Source: Eledone cirrhosa
Taxonomy: Eukaryota
NCBI GenBank assembly: GCA_964016885.1
Contig: OZ024740.1
Span: forward strand, 412,982,001 to 413,046,000
DNA length: 64,000 nucleotides
Direction: 5' to 3'
Below the pieces are notes generated by a model. That model made no database searches. It was given only the letters and a program-made list of their open reading frames with translations, and was not told where the DNA came from. Position numbers and translations under genes: made by a program. Of the stretch, positions 24,446-38,934 are shown piece by piece; positions within the stretch are counted from its first letter, which is position 1, and each line of letters opens with the position of its first letter.

Positions 24446-25617
24446 TTATATATATATATATAAATATATATTTAATAATAGGTATGGGCGATGTGTGAAA
24501 TCTTCATTAAGTTTATACATGTGTGACATGGGTTTCGTGTTTCGAGATGGATGAGCTCACACTATATTTATATATATTTCTTTTAAATATTTGTTGTCTT
24601 GGATGTCAACGATAGGATTCACCTTTTAATATTTGAGGAATCTCTATGTATTGATGGCGAAGGATTGCTTTAGCTTTGACTGCAAAATAAGTAGATAGTT
24701 ATATTTAGCAATTCTTCTCCCAGGTGTGTATGTTTAAATTCGTTTTGTGCTAACAAGTTTCTTGTGTGGTTTGCGTACGCACATAACTGTGTAAGTACAA
24801 ACATATATATTTATTCCACACATATTTAGATATATCGTTATATGATAGATAGAGAAAATTTCAATAGATTAAAGTAGAATGAGAATAATGCTGGTAAATT
24901 TATATTAAAACTATGCACGCAAATATATTTTAGGAACTGCAATAAGATCATTACAATAAATATCAATGTATTCCACAGGAGATTCCATGGGAAATAAAGC
25001 AGAACATTGTTTCCATTAGTCTTTCTATTATTAATACTATATGCGACACTTTCCCAATTCTGCCAATCTACCGCCCCTTGATTGTTAATTTAATTAATAT
25101 TACGATAATGAAAGACAACATTGACTTCGAAAGAATTTGAAATCAGAGCACAGTGTGTATTTTCTCGAATACCCGTTACTACGTTTCAACAGAACTGACA
25201 TTGACAATAATACCCGCTTTAAAATATGCATAATTGAAAGTTAAGATAGATTGTATACACTAGCCAATGTCTAAATAAAACAAGTGACACCTTATTAACA
25301 TAATTACGGAGGAGAGAATCCAATCGCCCATCCTTCAAATGGACAACTTATCTGGTTCTTGGCACAAATGAGGAAAAGACAGCTTTAACAGGGGAAAATG
25401 TATCCATCGTAAAAATACAATGTTGGTGTCATAGATTAAGCAAAGTATATCTGCCTCTCTTCTGAACTCTTCTTTCTGATCCAGAAAAAAGAAGACACCG
25501 AAACAACATGGCCTGCACTAAGCAATGGAATAGATATTTGATATAGCAGTTCTTTATGCAATATTGCAGATCATAGTGATAATGATTTTACCTTAAACAA
25601 TCTGGAATATAAATATA

Positions 25618-25648
<31 letters not shown>

Positions 25649-25749
25649 TGGTTTATCCAAAACTATTGAGCCCTCTGCCACACATGTCGAAGATTGTTTA
25701 TCGTTAATTCGTGGGCCGAGATTCTGATTCTCGATTATTTACTTGTACT

Positions 25750-25781
<32 letters not shown>

Positions 25782-26121
25782 GGGGGGGGGGGGGGGGGGG
25801 TATAATGTCTGCCATGACAGAAATATATCAAATGTTAACTATATATTTGTAAATGTCAATTCGCGAACAATAACTCAAATTGAAAATGCGAGTCGAACAC
25901 CGCAGCCCTTATCTTAAGCGTAATTACTCACATGTTTACAACATTTTCATGTTCTAATATTTCTTTTTAAAACCATGCATATATTAATTATTTTTCACTG
26001 GAAAATTGCTTCCAAAACGGGCTCAAATGATTCTCTAAATTAAGTAGTTAGAAGTACTTGTTTAGTCTTTAGTTGATATTTACAAAAGAATAATGTATGC
26101 ATATATATATATATATATATA

Positions 26122-26202
<81 letters not shown>

Positions 26203-26406
26203 GATGTGAGAAAAAACACAGACCCTCCATCTCAACTATACTTTTGAAAAGCAGAAGAACTGCGGAACCGGTAAAGGAACCAAATACATATATATATTTT
26301 CTTAAAAATAGGACTCCAGTTTCATTTTCGATTTCATCTTTCTTTCTTTCTACTTTCACTCGTGTAGGATACCTCGTTTGTTTTTCATTTTGTAAAAAAA
26401 CCTCAC

Positions 26407-26491
<85 letters not shown>

Positions 26492-26494
<3 letters not shown>

Positions 26495-26999
26495 CGTTTC
26501 TGAATTTGTTTAGCAAGATTCTTTATCTGAAAACGCGTGTTGAAACCGATATTGTTATACTTCGGGAGGGTCATGTTGCCAATAAGAAACACACGCACCA
26601 TTTGCTTTCACTTCAATTTATTATAATAAATTTATAAATTTAGTAATTTATAAATATATTATAATAAATTTATAAATTTAGGAATTTATAAATTTCCGGT
26701 TGGTTGGTTGGTTCCACAACCAGAGGGTTGTTTATATACACACACAAAACAAGATGGCGTAGGACAGAACAAAGGAGAGGCACAAAAACAAAGAAAAGAA
26801 TCCCCAGTCACTGAAGAGGTCACAGAATGTGTGACGAAAGAACTTTGACAATATATAAACAACCATCTGGTTGTGGAACCAACCAACCAACCGGAAATTT
26901 ATAAATTCCTAAATTTATAAATTTATTATAATAAATTGAAGTGAAATCATTGGTGCGTGCGTTTCTTATTGGCAACATGACCCTCCCAAAGTATAACAA

Positions 27000-27002
<3 letters not shown>
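26492..27002. mobile_element. Penelope-like hairpin element: left tail (26492-26548), arms ~26549-26737 / ~26850-27002, central hammerhead
   Basis: Inverted arms (..gggagggtcatgttgccaataagaaac..); (TA)n on both sides. Confidence 0.8.
26807..26849 (+). ncRNA. Hammerhead ribozyme with one extra nucleotide after the core
   Basis: gtca-CTGAAGA-g-gtcaca gaatg tgtgac-GAAA-gaacTT-tgac. Confidence 0.75.
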
Positions 27003-27034
<32 letters not shown>

Positions 27035-27077
27035 TTATGCATACATATATATACATGTATATATATATATATAGGTG

Positions 27078-27126
<49 letters not shown>

Positions 27127-27888
27127 ATTTTGGCGCTGTGAGTGTGTACCAACATATATATGTATAAATATATATGCAGTTGCATGTCTGCCGTTTGTTT
27201 ACGTATGTTATGACATATAATTAAATACCTTGAAAGGAACATATTGCTATCTTACAAAACATTGCAGTCGTATCTAAATATATATTCAAACACGACGATT
27301 TGTTGTTATTCAGGAATATCGGTCTTCATTAGTAATTACCTAAACAGAAATATCATTTTTCTTGTGAACAGAATTACAAGTTGATGGAAATTATGGCACA
27401 TTTAGCTGTTCTTCAAAGCACTACGTCATTCCCTTTATCTCTATAGTAGCTATATTTACATTACTTTTCAACATTTCATGTATGAGCAATCAACTAAATA
27501 TTTTGTATAATAGACACAGATGTGTAGTATCAGAGATAGTATGAACTTCAGTAATTTACTGATATTTTTTTGTCAATTCTGGAATTACACCTCAAATTCG
27601 ACATTTTATGGAATCCTACGGAGAAATTAAATTATAAATTACAATTCGCGTAATGAAAAATGTTTATCTTCTACTAATCCATGGAATAGGTGATTAAAAT
27701 AATATTGGTTTCGATCTTAGCTACGACATCGGACAATTGGGTTAAGATATTTGTTAATAGTTCCGTCGATCCCAGCAGTTGGAACACAATTGTTATCTGG
27801 GAGATTACAGTTTTTTGTAGGTAAATGATAACAACTGAAACGTAATATTTTGTTTTAGTTCCCGCTGTGACATTTGTTTTTCGTTAAA

Positions 27889-28040
27889 ATAATTGTTTCT
27901 ACTTTTGGCGCAAGGCCAGCAATTATCCCAGTGTATTACTGGTGCTTTATTCTATCGACCCCGCAAGTATGAAAAGTGAGGTTTACTTTGCCTTTCATCC
28001 TTGCGGGGTCGATATAATAAAGTAATACAATGGGATAATG
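27889..28040. mobile_element. Two partial SINE copies in head-to-head inverted arrangement
   Basis: tcgaccccgcaag.atgaaa / tttcatccttgcggggtcga. Confidence 0.7.
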
Positions 28041-28499
28041 GCTATATGTCGGCTTTCCGCTCCCAAAACGGCAGAACTATAGCAACAGAAATGTCCATTG
28101 TTTAGTGACAATTAGAACAGAGGGAATCTAAGAGAGAAGAAGAGAGACTAGACAGGATAAAATATTTTAACAATAGACCTAAGGATTATTCTTTTATAAT
28201 CAATACATTACTACAATTTCTGATACATTACGACAAACACACACTTATTGTATAGGGTGGTTATAGAGTTTATAGCCTCCAGTACAGGAAAGGTACATTA
28301 TCCTACCATGCAAAACACTTTCGATGCAGCCATCTGTAACTTAGATAATACAAAGATTTTACGTTCAACAAAGTTACAGGCATAATGCATACATACATAC
28401 ATTCATACATACATACATGCATGCATATATCCATCCATCCAAACATACATACATAAATACATACATACAAACTCTGCAAACTCTGCAAAGAGTATTATA

Positions 28500-29003
28500 A
28501 ACGCTTGTCAGATTATAGATATCGGTGCACTTTTAGGCTACGGCCACCCCATGAACGTGTAACATATCCTGACCAAGCATTCCTGTGATTTGAAGGTTTT
28601 TTATGAGTGGGGAAAGCCTTGCGCTCAACCAATTCTACTCCCTGAGCATCGAAAACTCTATCCCAAAAGGAGTACTGGTCATCGGATGCTTCCGAAGCCG
28701 CAGGTATTTTATTCTTTCAGAGTTTCCCTCTCCTAGCAAGGTGTTGTGACAACAACTTGGTAAAAAGATAAATAAAGAATAAATAAATAAATAAATAAAT
28801 AAATAAAAAGTACTATAAAATGTACTGTGCCGAGTCCCTCCGCCCCTTGTCGAGTTTTGTATTTCATCCCACAGGGTGTCCAAATATCCCCCTCCTCACC
28901 AAGCAAGCTTGGTTGGTTTGCCGGTTTAGTCGCCGACGACCCGACCATGAAACAGGTTGTACTCGTATACATGTTAGCAGCAGCACTCGAAAGCGACCTG
29001 ACA
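28500..29003 (-). mobile_element. RTE-derived non-autonomous element (diverged copy)
   Basis: Shares the 5' block tacaacctg..catggtcgggtcg..cgactaaaccggca and ctaggagag.gaaactctga with the copies at 32.2-34.2 kb; (CATA)n flanks. Confidence 0.6.
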
Positions 29004-29039
29004 TTTATACATACATACAAGCAGCTGGAAAGAAAGGTG

Positions 29040-29395
29040 TTTGGGGATGTGCTGAACAACTAATTAAGAAAAGTGCGATATAGATTATGAGACAGAGAAA
29101 AGAAGACTTGCATAGTAGTGGAAGTTAGCTGTCCAATAGATGCCAATATAATATGAAGGATCAGCGAAAAGGAGAATATCTGTACAGTATTAATGGGGAA
29201 TCTGTAGATTCTTCATCTTAACTATTCCTTCAGATTCATGCCTATAATTATGAGGGTTAGTAACTGCCTCAGAAGAAATCTTAACAAACTGCGTTCACAG
29301 AAGCAGAAATAACACTATTAGGAAATTATAAGTACAATCCATTAATTAAACAGTAAAAATATGTAAAACATTCCAAAATTTCTGCATATACATAT
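29040..29395 (+). mobile_element. R4-like family C, 3' fragment
   Basis: Matches 31120-31480 (VVEVSCP.DAN). Confidence 0.75.
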
Positions 29396-29689
29396 GTACA
29401 AATACAAAGCATATGCACATGTACACATTAAATAACATCCATAACCGCACACACACGTGCGAACGTGCATACAAGTAAAAATATGTACCTCGTTGTTTTT
29501 TTCAAAATTACAATGAAAGAGTTTAGTGAATATGATAGAAATCGCCTCTCTCTCTATTGGTAAAAATGTATAAAATTATAAAATCAGAAGAACATACATT
29601 CATACATACGTGCCTGCATACATACATACATACATACATACATTCAAACATCCATACATTCATACATACATACACACATACATATATTA

Positions 29690-31500
29690 TTATCAGAGCC
29701 ATAGAGAAGCTGTCTTCTTCTTGGGCTACTATATTAAGGTTAAAGACAGAGAAGGAGGACTCTATTTTCCCTGATAAAATAATATCGCTGGGGTATATTT
29801 CAGGGAGACAGTCTCTCTGTCATATTATTCATCCTGTTATTAAACCCCTTGTCCTTTTTGCTCAAGAAATGTGAAGGATATATCATTGGCTCACAGGAGG
29901 AGAAAAATACGAACCTAACCCATAATTTCTTTGTGGATGATCTAAACCTCTATGCCAAAAACATAGATTGTATGAAGAAAAATCTTGACCTGGTTACAAC
30001 ATTCTCAAAGGATATAGGAATGGAGTTTGGCCAAGATAAATGCTTATATATGACTGTAAAGCGGTGAAAAACAACTACACAATCTAGCAACATTGTCATC
30101 AATGGCCTAACTGTTTCACTGATATCTGATGAGGACTGCTACAGATACCTGGGGATAGATGAGAACATATCCTATAAAGGTGTCTGTAATAAGGAACGTG
30201 TAACCAGGGAATACTACACCCGATTAAGAAAAATATGGTCATCGGAACACTCTGCGCACAACAAAACAGTGGCTCACAATGTGTTTGTTGTGCCTGTCCT
30301 AACACCAACGTTTGGAATACTCAATTGGACGATAGACGAAATCCGAGCATTTGATGTTAGAACTCGAAAAATACTAAAAAACACCGAAAACTTCCACACC
30401 AGGAGTGACATAGACCGCCTTTACTTGAAACGTAAGCAGTGAGGCAGAGGCATTTGAATGTCGCATCATATCCCTCCGACAACATGTACGAACCTCGAAG
30501 CGTAGGAGCCCGTCTCTTGAGCAAGTCTATCTGCATGAAACTGATAAGATCATGAGAGTTGGGAAGGAACTCCTCGAGAGATATTCCCTGTGTGATAATC
30601 AAAATCTCACACCCAGGAAGTCGCTCAGCAGTATCGCAGTGAATCCATAGATGAAAAACTGCATGCCTATCAGCAAAAAATCATGCATGGATATGTTTCT
30701 AGGAAGCTCCAGGGAGAGAGTAATATAGATAAGGAAAGTAGTCTATCTTGGACCAACAACCGCTATATTGGCTCCCACTTTGAAGGATACGCTTTTGCAA
30801 TCCATACACAGGAAATTAACACGAAATACCTGATTCACAAAAGAGATAGGGATGCAGGCAAAACACCTAGATGTGATAACAAGTGCAGACTCTGCAGAAT
30901 TAACATCAAAGATGTCACCCATGTCATAAGCAGCTGTCCAAAGATGTCATGGCGGTACTATATATCTATGAGGCATGATGTAGTGACCAAAACACTGTAC
31001 AATGCAATCCGTAAACACGATATCCACGATAATAAACACATTAAAAGCTACAGCAATGTGGAAGACATACATATACATAATATGAAAGAGTACTGGTGGA
31101 ATGTTCCAGTAAAAACCCCAATAAAAGTCAGGCATTACAAACCAGATATCATGATATGGGGTAGGGAAAAGAAAGTATGCATAGTAGTGGAAGTTAGCTG
31201 CCCAGCAGATGCCAATATCATTTTAAAGATTAGCGAAAAGGATAATATTTATGCAGAACTGATGAGAAATCTGCAGATTGTCCACCTTATTACACCTTCA
31301 GATTTATGCCTGTGATTATTCGGGCACTGGGGTATGTTAGTAACTGCCTCGATACAAATCGTGAGAAGCTATGCTTCACAGGAACAGAAAGAACACAACT
31401 AGTTTAGAAATTACAAGTGCAATCAATTAATGGATCAGTAAAATTATGGAAAACATTCCAAACATTGTGCATCTAATAACTGCATATCCACATGTACAGA
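29690..31500 (+). mobile_element. R4/Dong-like family C, 5'-truncated and degraded (RT + CCHC + REL)
   Basis: GIFQGDSL, THNFFVDDL, CRLC..HVISSC, RHD, KPDIMIW..VEVSCP; embedded in (CATA)n/(TACA)n-rich DNA. Confidence 0.85.
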
Positions 31501-32223
31501 TAAAACAAATGCACACATACAACTGAAAATATACACATCCACACATACAATAACATCCATATCTACACATGCATGCATGCAGACATGCATACATAATCTA
31601 CCTAGTTGATGTTGTGTAAATTCCAATGAGAGAGTCTTGTGTCTATGTTAGAAACCGACTCTCTTTCTATTGGTAAAAATGTGTGAAATTATAAACCAGA
31701 AGAACACATACATACATAGGTTGTATAAAAATATGTAAAACATTCCACAAATATGTTATGTGTATATGTATAGAAACAAATGTATATACACACAAAATAT
31801 GGGAAAGATTCCACAAATATATGATAATTATATGTATAGAAACAACCATTCAGATCGACACATGCAATGTGATGTATACATTCACACACACACACAAACC
31901 TATACAGAATATATACATAATTACATAGATAGTGTTTAAATATCTATAAAGGAGTCTTATCTCTCCGTTATAAAACTGGCTTTTTCTAATGGTGAGATAT
32001 TAATAAAAAGCAAAACAAAATAAAATACCTGCATACATACAAGCACGCAAACGTACCAACACATTCATACATACATACATACATGCAAACATACATGCAT
32101 ACACACATACCTGCATACATATATGTATACATACATACATATATGAATACATACAAGCATGCCAACATAATATCACAAATTCATGTATGTATGTATGTAT
32201 GCATACACACATACATACATATA

Positions 32224-32823
32224 TCCATGGTGGCTGCCAACTCGTTTTCGAGTACGGCCACTACTTCATATCCATGTAGGAGAACCCCCACCGATGCGCT
32301 GAACGAGTGTGACTTCTTAGTCCAGCCAGCAACTTGAAAACTCTGGTACAAACACTGCACTTGACACATAGTGCTGGGCCCATGGTAACATGTGACGACA
32401 AGTGCAGAGAGATCTCCAGATATAAAGCAATACCTGTGCCGTTAAGGTTTTATAGTGAGCAAAGGCACTGCACAAAGCCAGTCCCACTCTCTTAACCAAG
32501 ATGATATTTACCAAAAAAAAAGCAAGTCAACATCATTGGATACCATCAGAGTTGCAGGTGTTATATCAGAGTTTTCCTTCTCCTAGAATTCTGCCTTGAC
32601 AAAGGCTAAGGGGTCATCTCTCCCGGTGATGGTGGATGGCCATTGACTCTTAAGAGCTCCTTTGCCCTTTGACAGGTTTTGTTTTTATTCCTGCGGGATG
32701 TCCAAAGTCACCCTCCTCACCAAGAAACATTAGTGGGGTTGCCAGTTTAGTCGCCAACGACCCGACCATGAGTCAGGTTGTAATGGGATACATGTTACCA
32801 GTAACGCCAACTGGTGACCTGAC
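32224..32823 (-). mobile_element. Bipartite non-autonomous RTE-derived element (5'UTR fused to the ORF C-terminal C2H2 finger + 3'UTR)
   Basis: RTE-type 5'UTR motif ctaggagaaggaaaactctga; the 3' part translates KCSVCTRVFKLLAGLRSHTRSAH, then ctcgaaaacgag hairpin and (TATG)n. Confidence 0.7.
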
Positions 32824-32845
32824 ATACATGCATACATGCATACAT

Positions 32846-33458
32846 GATGGTGGCTGCCCCCTCGTTATCGAGTATAGCCATGCACGATATATCATTATTA
32901 ATAATTATTAATTAATTCAATCGGGCAATGCCTGTGCTTGAATATATTTTTTAAATTGAGGAAAGACTGTGCACTAAGCCAATCCCACTCTCTGAGCGAC
33001 AGTAGCTATAACCCGAAAAGAAGAAAAGATCAACATCATCGGAAACTCCTGAGCCGCAGGTTTTATATCGGAGTTATACCAGTTTCCTGAGTTGCTTTCT
33101 CCTAGAAGAATGCCCTGACAAATGCTAGGGGTCCTTCACTCCCAGTGGTTTAACCGCGCGATCGGGTGTCCAGCCCAACTATTCCTATGTCCCCGCGCAC
33201 TCATGTATATACACAAACACATATACATACATATGTACATGTCTATATGCATATTTACACACCTTTGGATGGCCGTTGAGTCTTATGAGTTATTCCGCCC
33301 TTTGTCAGGTTTTGTTTTTTGTCCTGCAGAGTGTCCAAAATCACCCTCCTCACCAAATAAACTTGGTGAGGTTGCCGGTTTAGTCACAGATGACCCGACC
33401 ATATGACAGGTTGTACTGGGCTACATGTTACCAGTAGCACTCAAAAGTGTCCCGACAT
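32846..33458 (-). mobile_element. RTE-derived non-autonomous element, diverged subfamily
   Basis: Same 5' block and 3' end (ctcgataacgagggcagccacca-like); different middle. Confidence 0.6.
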
Positions 33459-33600
33459 ACATGCATACATACATACATGAATAGATACATATATGCATAC
33501 ATACATGCATACATACATACATGTAGACATACATGTATACATACATACAGGAATACATACAAGCATGCCAACATACCATCACAGATTCATACATACATAC

Positions 33601-34213
33601 ATGGTGGTGGCTGCCAACTCGATTTCGAGTACGGCCACTACTTTATATTCATGTAGGAGAACCCCTACCGATGCGCTGAATGAGTGTGACTTTTTAGTCC
33701 AGCCAGCGACTTGAAAACTATGGTACAAACACTACACTTGTGACAATTACTGACACATAGTGCTGGGCCCATGGTACCATGTGATGACAAGTGCAGAGAG
33801 ATCTCCAGATATAAAGCAATGCCTGTGCCGTGAAGCTTTTATAGTGAGCAAAGGCACTGCACAAAGCCAGTCCCACTCTCTTAACCTAGATGACATTCAC
33901 CAAAAAGAAGAACAAGTCAACATCATTGGATACCATCAGAGTTGCAGGTGTTATATTAGAGTTTTCCTTCTCCTAGAATTCTGCCTTGACAAAGGCTAAG
34001 TGGTCATCTCTCCCGGTGATTTTGGATGGCCATTGACTCTTAAGAGCTCCTTTGCCCTGTGACAGGTCTTGTTTTTAGTCCTGCAGGATGTCCAAAGTCA
34101 CCATCCTCACCAAGAAACCTTGGTGGGGTTGCCAGTTCAGTCGCCAACGACCCGACCATGAGACAGTTTGTATTAGGATACATGTTACCAGTAGCACCAA
34201 CTGGTGACCTGAC
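33601..34213 (-). mobile_element. Bipartite non-autonomous RTE-derived element
   Basis: Near-identical to 32224-32823; KCSVCTIVFKSLAGLKSHTHSAHR*. Confidence 0.7.
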
Positions 34214-34584
34214 ATAAATATACATACATACATAAATACATACATATATATATTTCATACATACATGCATACATATATACATAAATACATACATACAAGC
34301 ATACATACATACATGTAGACATACATGCATACGTACATGCATACATATATGTAGACATACATGCATACATACATATATACATACATACGTACATAATTGT
34401 GTATGTACGTACCTTGCTATTTTTTCTTCTTTGTCTTAGAAGAAATATGTATTTAATTCGATACATCTTTCGTTTCACTTGTGTTACAGATCTTAATTTA
34501 TTTTACTGATTTTATCATCAGAGTGGAGTCAAATGGATAACATAGATACAACTTATTAATCACACATACACACACGTACACACC

Positions 34585-34618
<34 letters not shown>

Positions 34619-34627
34619 ATGTGTGTG

Positions 34628-34695
<68 letters not shown>

Positions 34696-34707
34696 GTATG
34701 TATAAAG

Positions 34708-34762
<55 letters not shown>

Positions 34763-34774
34763 GTATGTATAAAG

Positions 34775-34816
<42 letters not shown>

Positions 34817-34894
34817 AATACGTTATACATACATATATATATATATATATTTTAGTCTTCAAATTTATTATTATTACTATATATATATATATAT

Positions 34895-34927
<33 letters not shown>

Positions 34928-34952
34928 TTATACACACTCACACACACATACA

Positions 34953-34994
<42 letters not shown>

Positions 34995-34995
34995 A
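34585..34995. repeat. Compound (TA)n/(CA)n microsatellite with a ~30-nt PLE tail-end remnant at ~34850-34880
   Basis: ttttagtcttcaaatttattattattacta matches the tail terminus at 40038 and 45962. Confidence 0.8.
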
Positions 34996-36501
34996 ATTAA
35001 TAAACATACATATGTGAATTTATATATATATCTATATAAATTCATGTATGTATATTACTTTTGCGTGTGCGATGATTTTCCTCGGAATTATCGATTTTAT
35101 AACGTTTGGAAACTGAATAGAAAGAGGACATATGAGACAGACGGAAATATAAACCTATTTACCCTCAACACAATATTTTATTTTATATTTCATTACCTTT
35201 TCATCCAGTGAGGTATATAATATACATTTACTTAATAACATGAACAGATTGATTTTCATGTTATATTATATATCATCATACATTAGTTATTTTTCTCCGT
35301 GTTGTTTTTTTTAGTATAATGTGTTCCACACTCTTTGTCTAATTGGAGATGTAGAAAAAGTTGTATTTGTGCAATATATTACATCATCATTGGATTTATA
35401 TTTGTTATTTGTTTCATCATTCATAACATCATTCGCTAGTGCTATCAGAAGAAGCAGAATCATATTAACACAGGCGTTCTTTATTTATCCGTGTATTTAT
35501 TTCTATAATTATTTTCTTATTTGGTACTTACACATCATCAAGAAAAACGGTTTAGCAAAACAAGAATGATAAGAATACGCAGAAAACCAAATACATACAT
35601 AAGTAAGTTTTGTATTTAATATCGATATACTTTTACTAAATGTCGCTAATTAATAACGAATTTTATCAGCCAGAATACTTTTAATTACTGCAAATTTTAT
35701 ATTTTCTCATGAGATAATGAATATATCTTGATTATTTATTCCCTTATGTATAAGTGTGTTATCATGAACAAAATTATATAAATAGTCAGAATGATGGACA
35801 TTCGATCACATAGACTTCGACATATTATTGGCAATGGATGGAATCAAGTTACATCAACTTTACACCAATTGACGCTCACAAATATAACACTAAATAAGAC
35901 ATTATTGGATCAATGTTTTGAGAAAATCATCGACTATCTATAAATAAATGCGGTATGACAGCTAGTTTTAATTCAACAAAACATACGATACTTCTTTTCG
36001 GGGTTCATTTATAAAGTATGTGTCATGCTCATGATGGCCATAAACCTTCGAAAATCGATGTGGTTAATGTTTAGGGACAACCTTGGAAAGTCAATGCATG
36101 CACGGTGACTCAGAATAAGGCTGCCAGAAGACAATGATAAAGGGTCATTGGTTGTTTGATTCATGGTACATCATGGTGTTAAAACATCAGATAAATGAAT
36201 ACTGACGCATGGTGAGTCACGTGAAAACATGAACTGTCACATGGCTAAAAAGGCAATTCAGAGGGAAACAGCTGGCTGTATATAGGTGATTTTGTGTCAG
36301 ACTGTGTATCTAGTGTGGACGTCCTACATCTTGGGATTATGGGGAGCGGGCCTATGGTGGTTTGAACAGCAATGATATGTGAATAAGGGTTCTCAGTATT
36401 ATATAATGTATACAGATACTGTATTGGAGTTGGTCACATAAACTCAAATGCACGCAAAAGAACGCACAAAATATAACGTATATGTGTAAAATATGATATA
36501 C

Positions 36502-36533
<32 letters not shown>

Positions 36534-37119
36534 AGGAGTGTGTGTGAGTGTGTATGTGTGTGTATGCATCTTTATATATATATATTGTGAGCATCACCAA
36601 CATTGCATGGTTTACAGTAGGTGAATATATATTATAGCAAATACATTATGTTTACTTACTTATAATAAACATACAATTAATTGATTAATTAATTCTACGC
36701 TTTCACTTTTGCACTAAATGCAAATGATTTTCCCCAGTCGACTTTATATCCAGAATATTTCATTTAAAATGTGTTTTGTCTCAGTTCCGTTTGAATAGAT
36801 GTTAAACATTTCGGATTATAATCTAGAAAAGGTGTTTTGAGATAGCTGTCACATGATCACAGCTTAAAGCATTCACGCGGACACTTGCATGTTTGTCATA
36901 TATAGACAGATATTGCGTATAAATATACGCATACATATATATATGTTTACTTTAGAGAATACTATATAATGTCAAGAGTTCCAGGGTATAGCATATAAGG
37001 AAGAGTTACATAATCATGATATTAAAACATATATTAACCTATAATCTCGTTTATATACTACAAACTATCAAAGAAAAACTTTTTTCGTAACGAAAATAAA
37101 AGTATTTTTCTCCCCTTCC

Positions 37120-38100
37120 TTCTGTTGATATATCTGAGATTATCGAGCGTTCTGGCAAGACTGTTATCTGCTGAGATCGAGTATTTTATGACATATCTTT
37201 GTATGTTTAAACTTTATAGAAACCATTTAAACATTCGAGGTATATCATATCCTCGTTTGAGTTATTCAACAGCTTTTTTCAATACTCAGTCATAATGTTG
37301 AAACATCTGTGCGAGACAGCTTCTTTGCGCAAACATTGCTTGGCATGAGTTTGCATTTATTCCAAGTATAGAATCTGTCTCGGGACGTTGTTGTTATGCG
37401 AGGCCAGAGAGATATTGTCTTCATTTGTTGCATCTGATCTGCTTCCTGGTATATGGATAGTATACATAATGTCTTTATTTAATATTTCCGAGTGCTTACC
37501 ACTTGTGGGGAACATTAACATTTCTTTATACCAGTAGAAGAATTTTATTCCATTTCCTCTATGGTTGATATTAAACTTTCATTCATTATATCGATGTACT
37601 TCATGGTTACCAAAGAATTTATCTGGCTTATTTATTTTAATATACTCCCTTGTGAACGTATAAAATATTTATGTATTGTCACTTCACTATTTCACATATC
37701 CGTTGGGAATTTGTAGTCGAGATCTGTGTTGTTAGAGGAGTGGTCCTATCTTATGTCGTCCTGAAATTTAAGCGCTTCCATATTTTTTATAGGCCATGCT
37801 TCTCTTTGGACCTTCCTCACCTCATGGGTGTGTTTGAGCTCATTTTCAATATCTACTAATGTTCTATTTAAATGGGATATCTCGTTGTCTGTTTTTCTTT
37901 GTTTGCTTTTTTTTTAATTCTCAAATTGTTTTGTTAAGGTGGTTTCCAACTTTTTTCTTTTCATCTCAGAAGAACATTTCAGTTTCTGTGGATACTTTTG
38001 CGTTTGTTGACATTTATACTGAAACAAATTACAAACATAATACAACGCCGCGGTATATGGATCTTAAGCCCACCTCTGTGACGCTAGATTGAGATACAGG
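37120..38100 (-). pseudogene. Highly decayed L1/Tx1-like ORF2 remnant
   Basis: Scattered peptides, e.g. QITVLPERSIISDI (cf. QTCAIPDRSIHDN) and EMFF*DEKK. Weak. Confidence 0.3.
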
Positions 38101-38934
38101 AATATAAAAACAAAAGAAACAAGTAGTTTACTGAATTCACGTCAGACACAGAACTCACTCCAAATAACTTGCCAAGATGATTGCAAGAATTGAAACACAT
38201 GAAACTAAGTCTGTCCCACAAATTATGCGCAGAAAGAAAGCAAAGAAGAATATAATTGACGGTAAAGTGATTGGAAATGTAGATATTTCTCATTTCTTCT
38301 AAATACATAGGCATATATTATTTCACATGGAAATATACTTGTTTGCCCACAAACACACACATTCGCAACCATGTAAACCTCGCCTACATTCCCCATCCAT
38401 ATGACTTAATTAAGTTATCGTTTGCTTTTCGAGTAACAGCAGCGAACTCTCATTCAAATCTCTTTAGAAATAACTGACAAAATATATAATAGGATTCTAT
38501 ACATGCATATCTCAGAGGAGTAGTTCTGCCAATTAATTATAACCAGACAAATTCATACTATATGACAATGAGCATTCACAGCCGTTGTTTCCTAATTGTT
38601 ATATGTAAATGAACATCTACAAACATTCATCCCGCAAAATCTATATAGGCTCTAGTCTATTATCCTCTGAGTACCGGTTGTGTAACTTTCACTGATGAAT
38701 GGAAATTAGCAAGCTACATGTAACACGTAATATGCAAATAGACGTCTAAAAACATCTGACTGTTAAATGACAAATCAGTCAATCGTATCGGTGGCTTCCC
38801 CACAGCCCCGGCGGACAGAATGGAGAAGGCGTTTCGCCGGAAGACGATAAGGGAGACGCGCTGGAAAAGCCATTCCAGCTCGCGAGGCTCACACCTGCAG
38901 CTGGCCAGCTCAGGGAACAGAACTGCATTTCTAT

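Noticed and set aside
28940-34213. Twister/hatchet/HDV assignment for the 5' block of the RTE-derived elements
   Set aside because: Partial motif resemblance only; the required pseudoknot pairings could not be built.
35321-36350. Moderately complex unique-looking DNA with a signal-peptide-like ORF on - (MILLLLIALAN..)
   Set aside because: Only ~50 codons, no support; small host exons cannot be excluded without RNA data.
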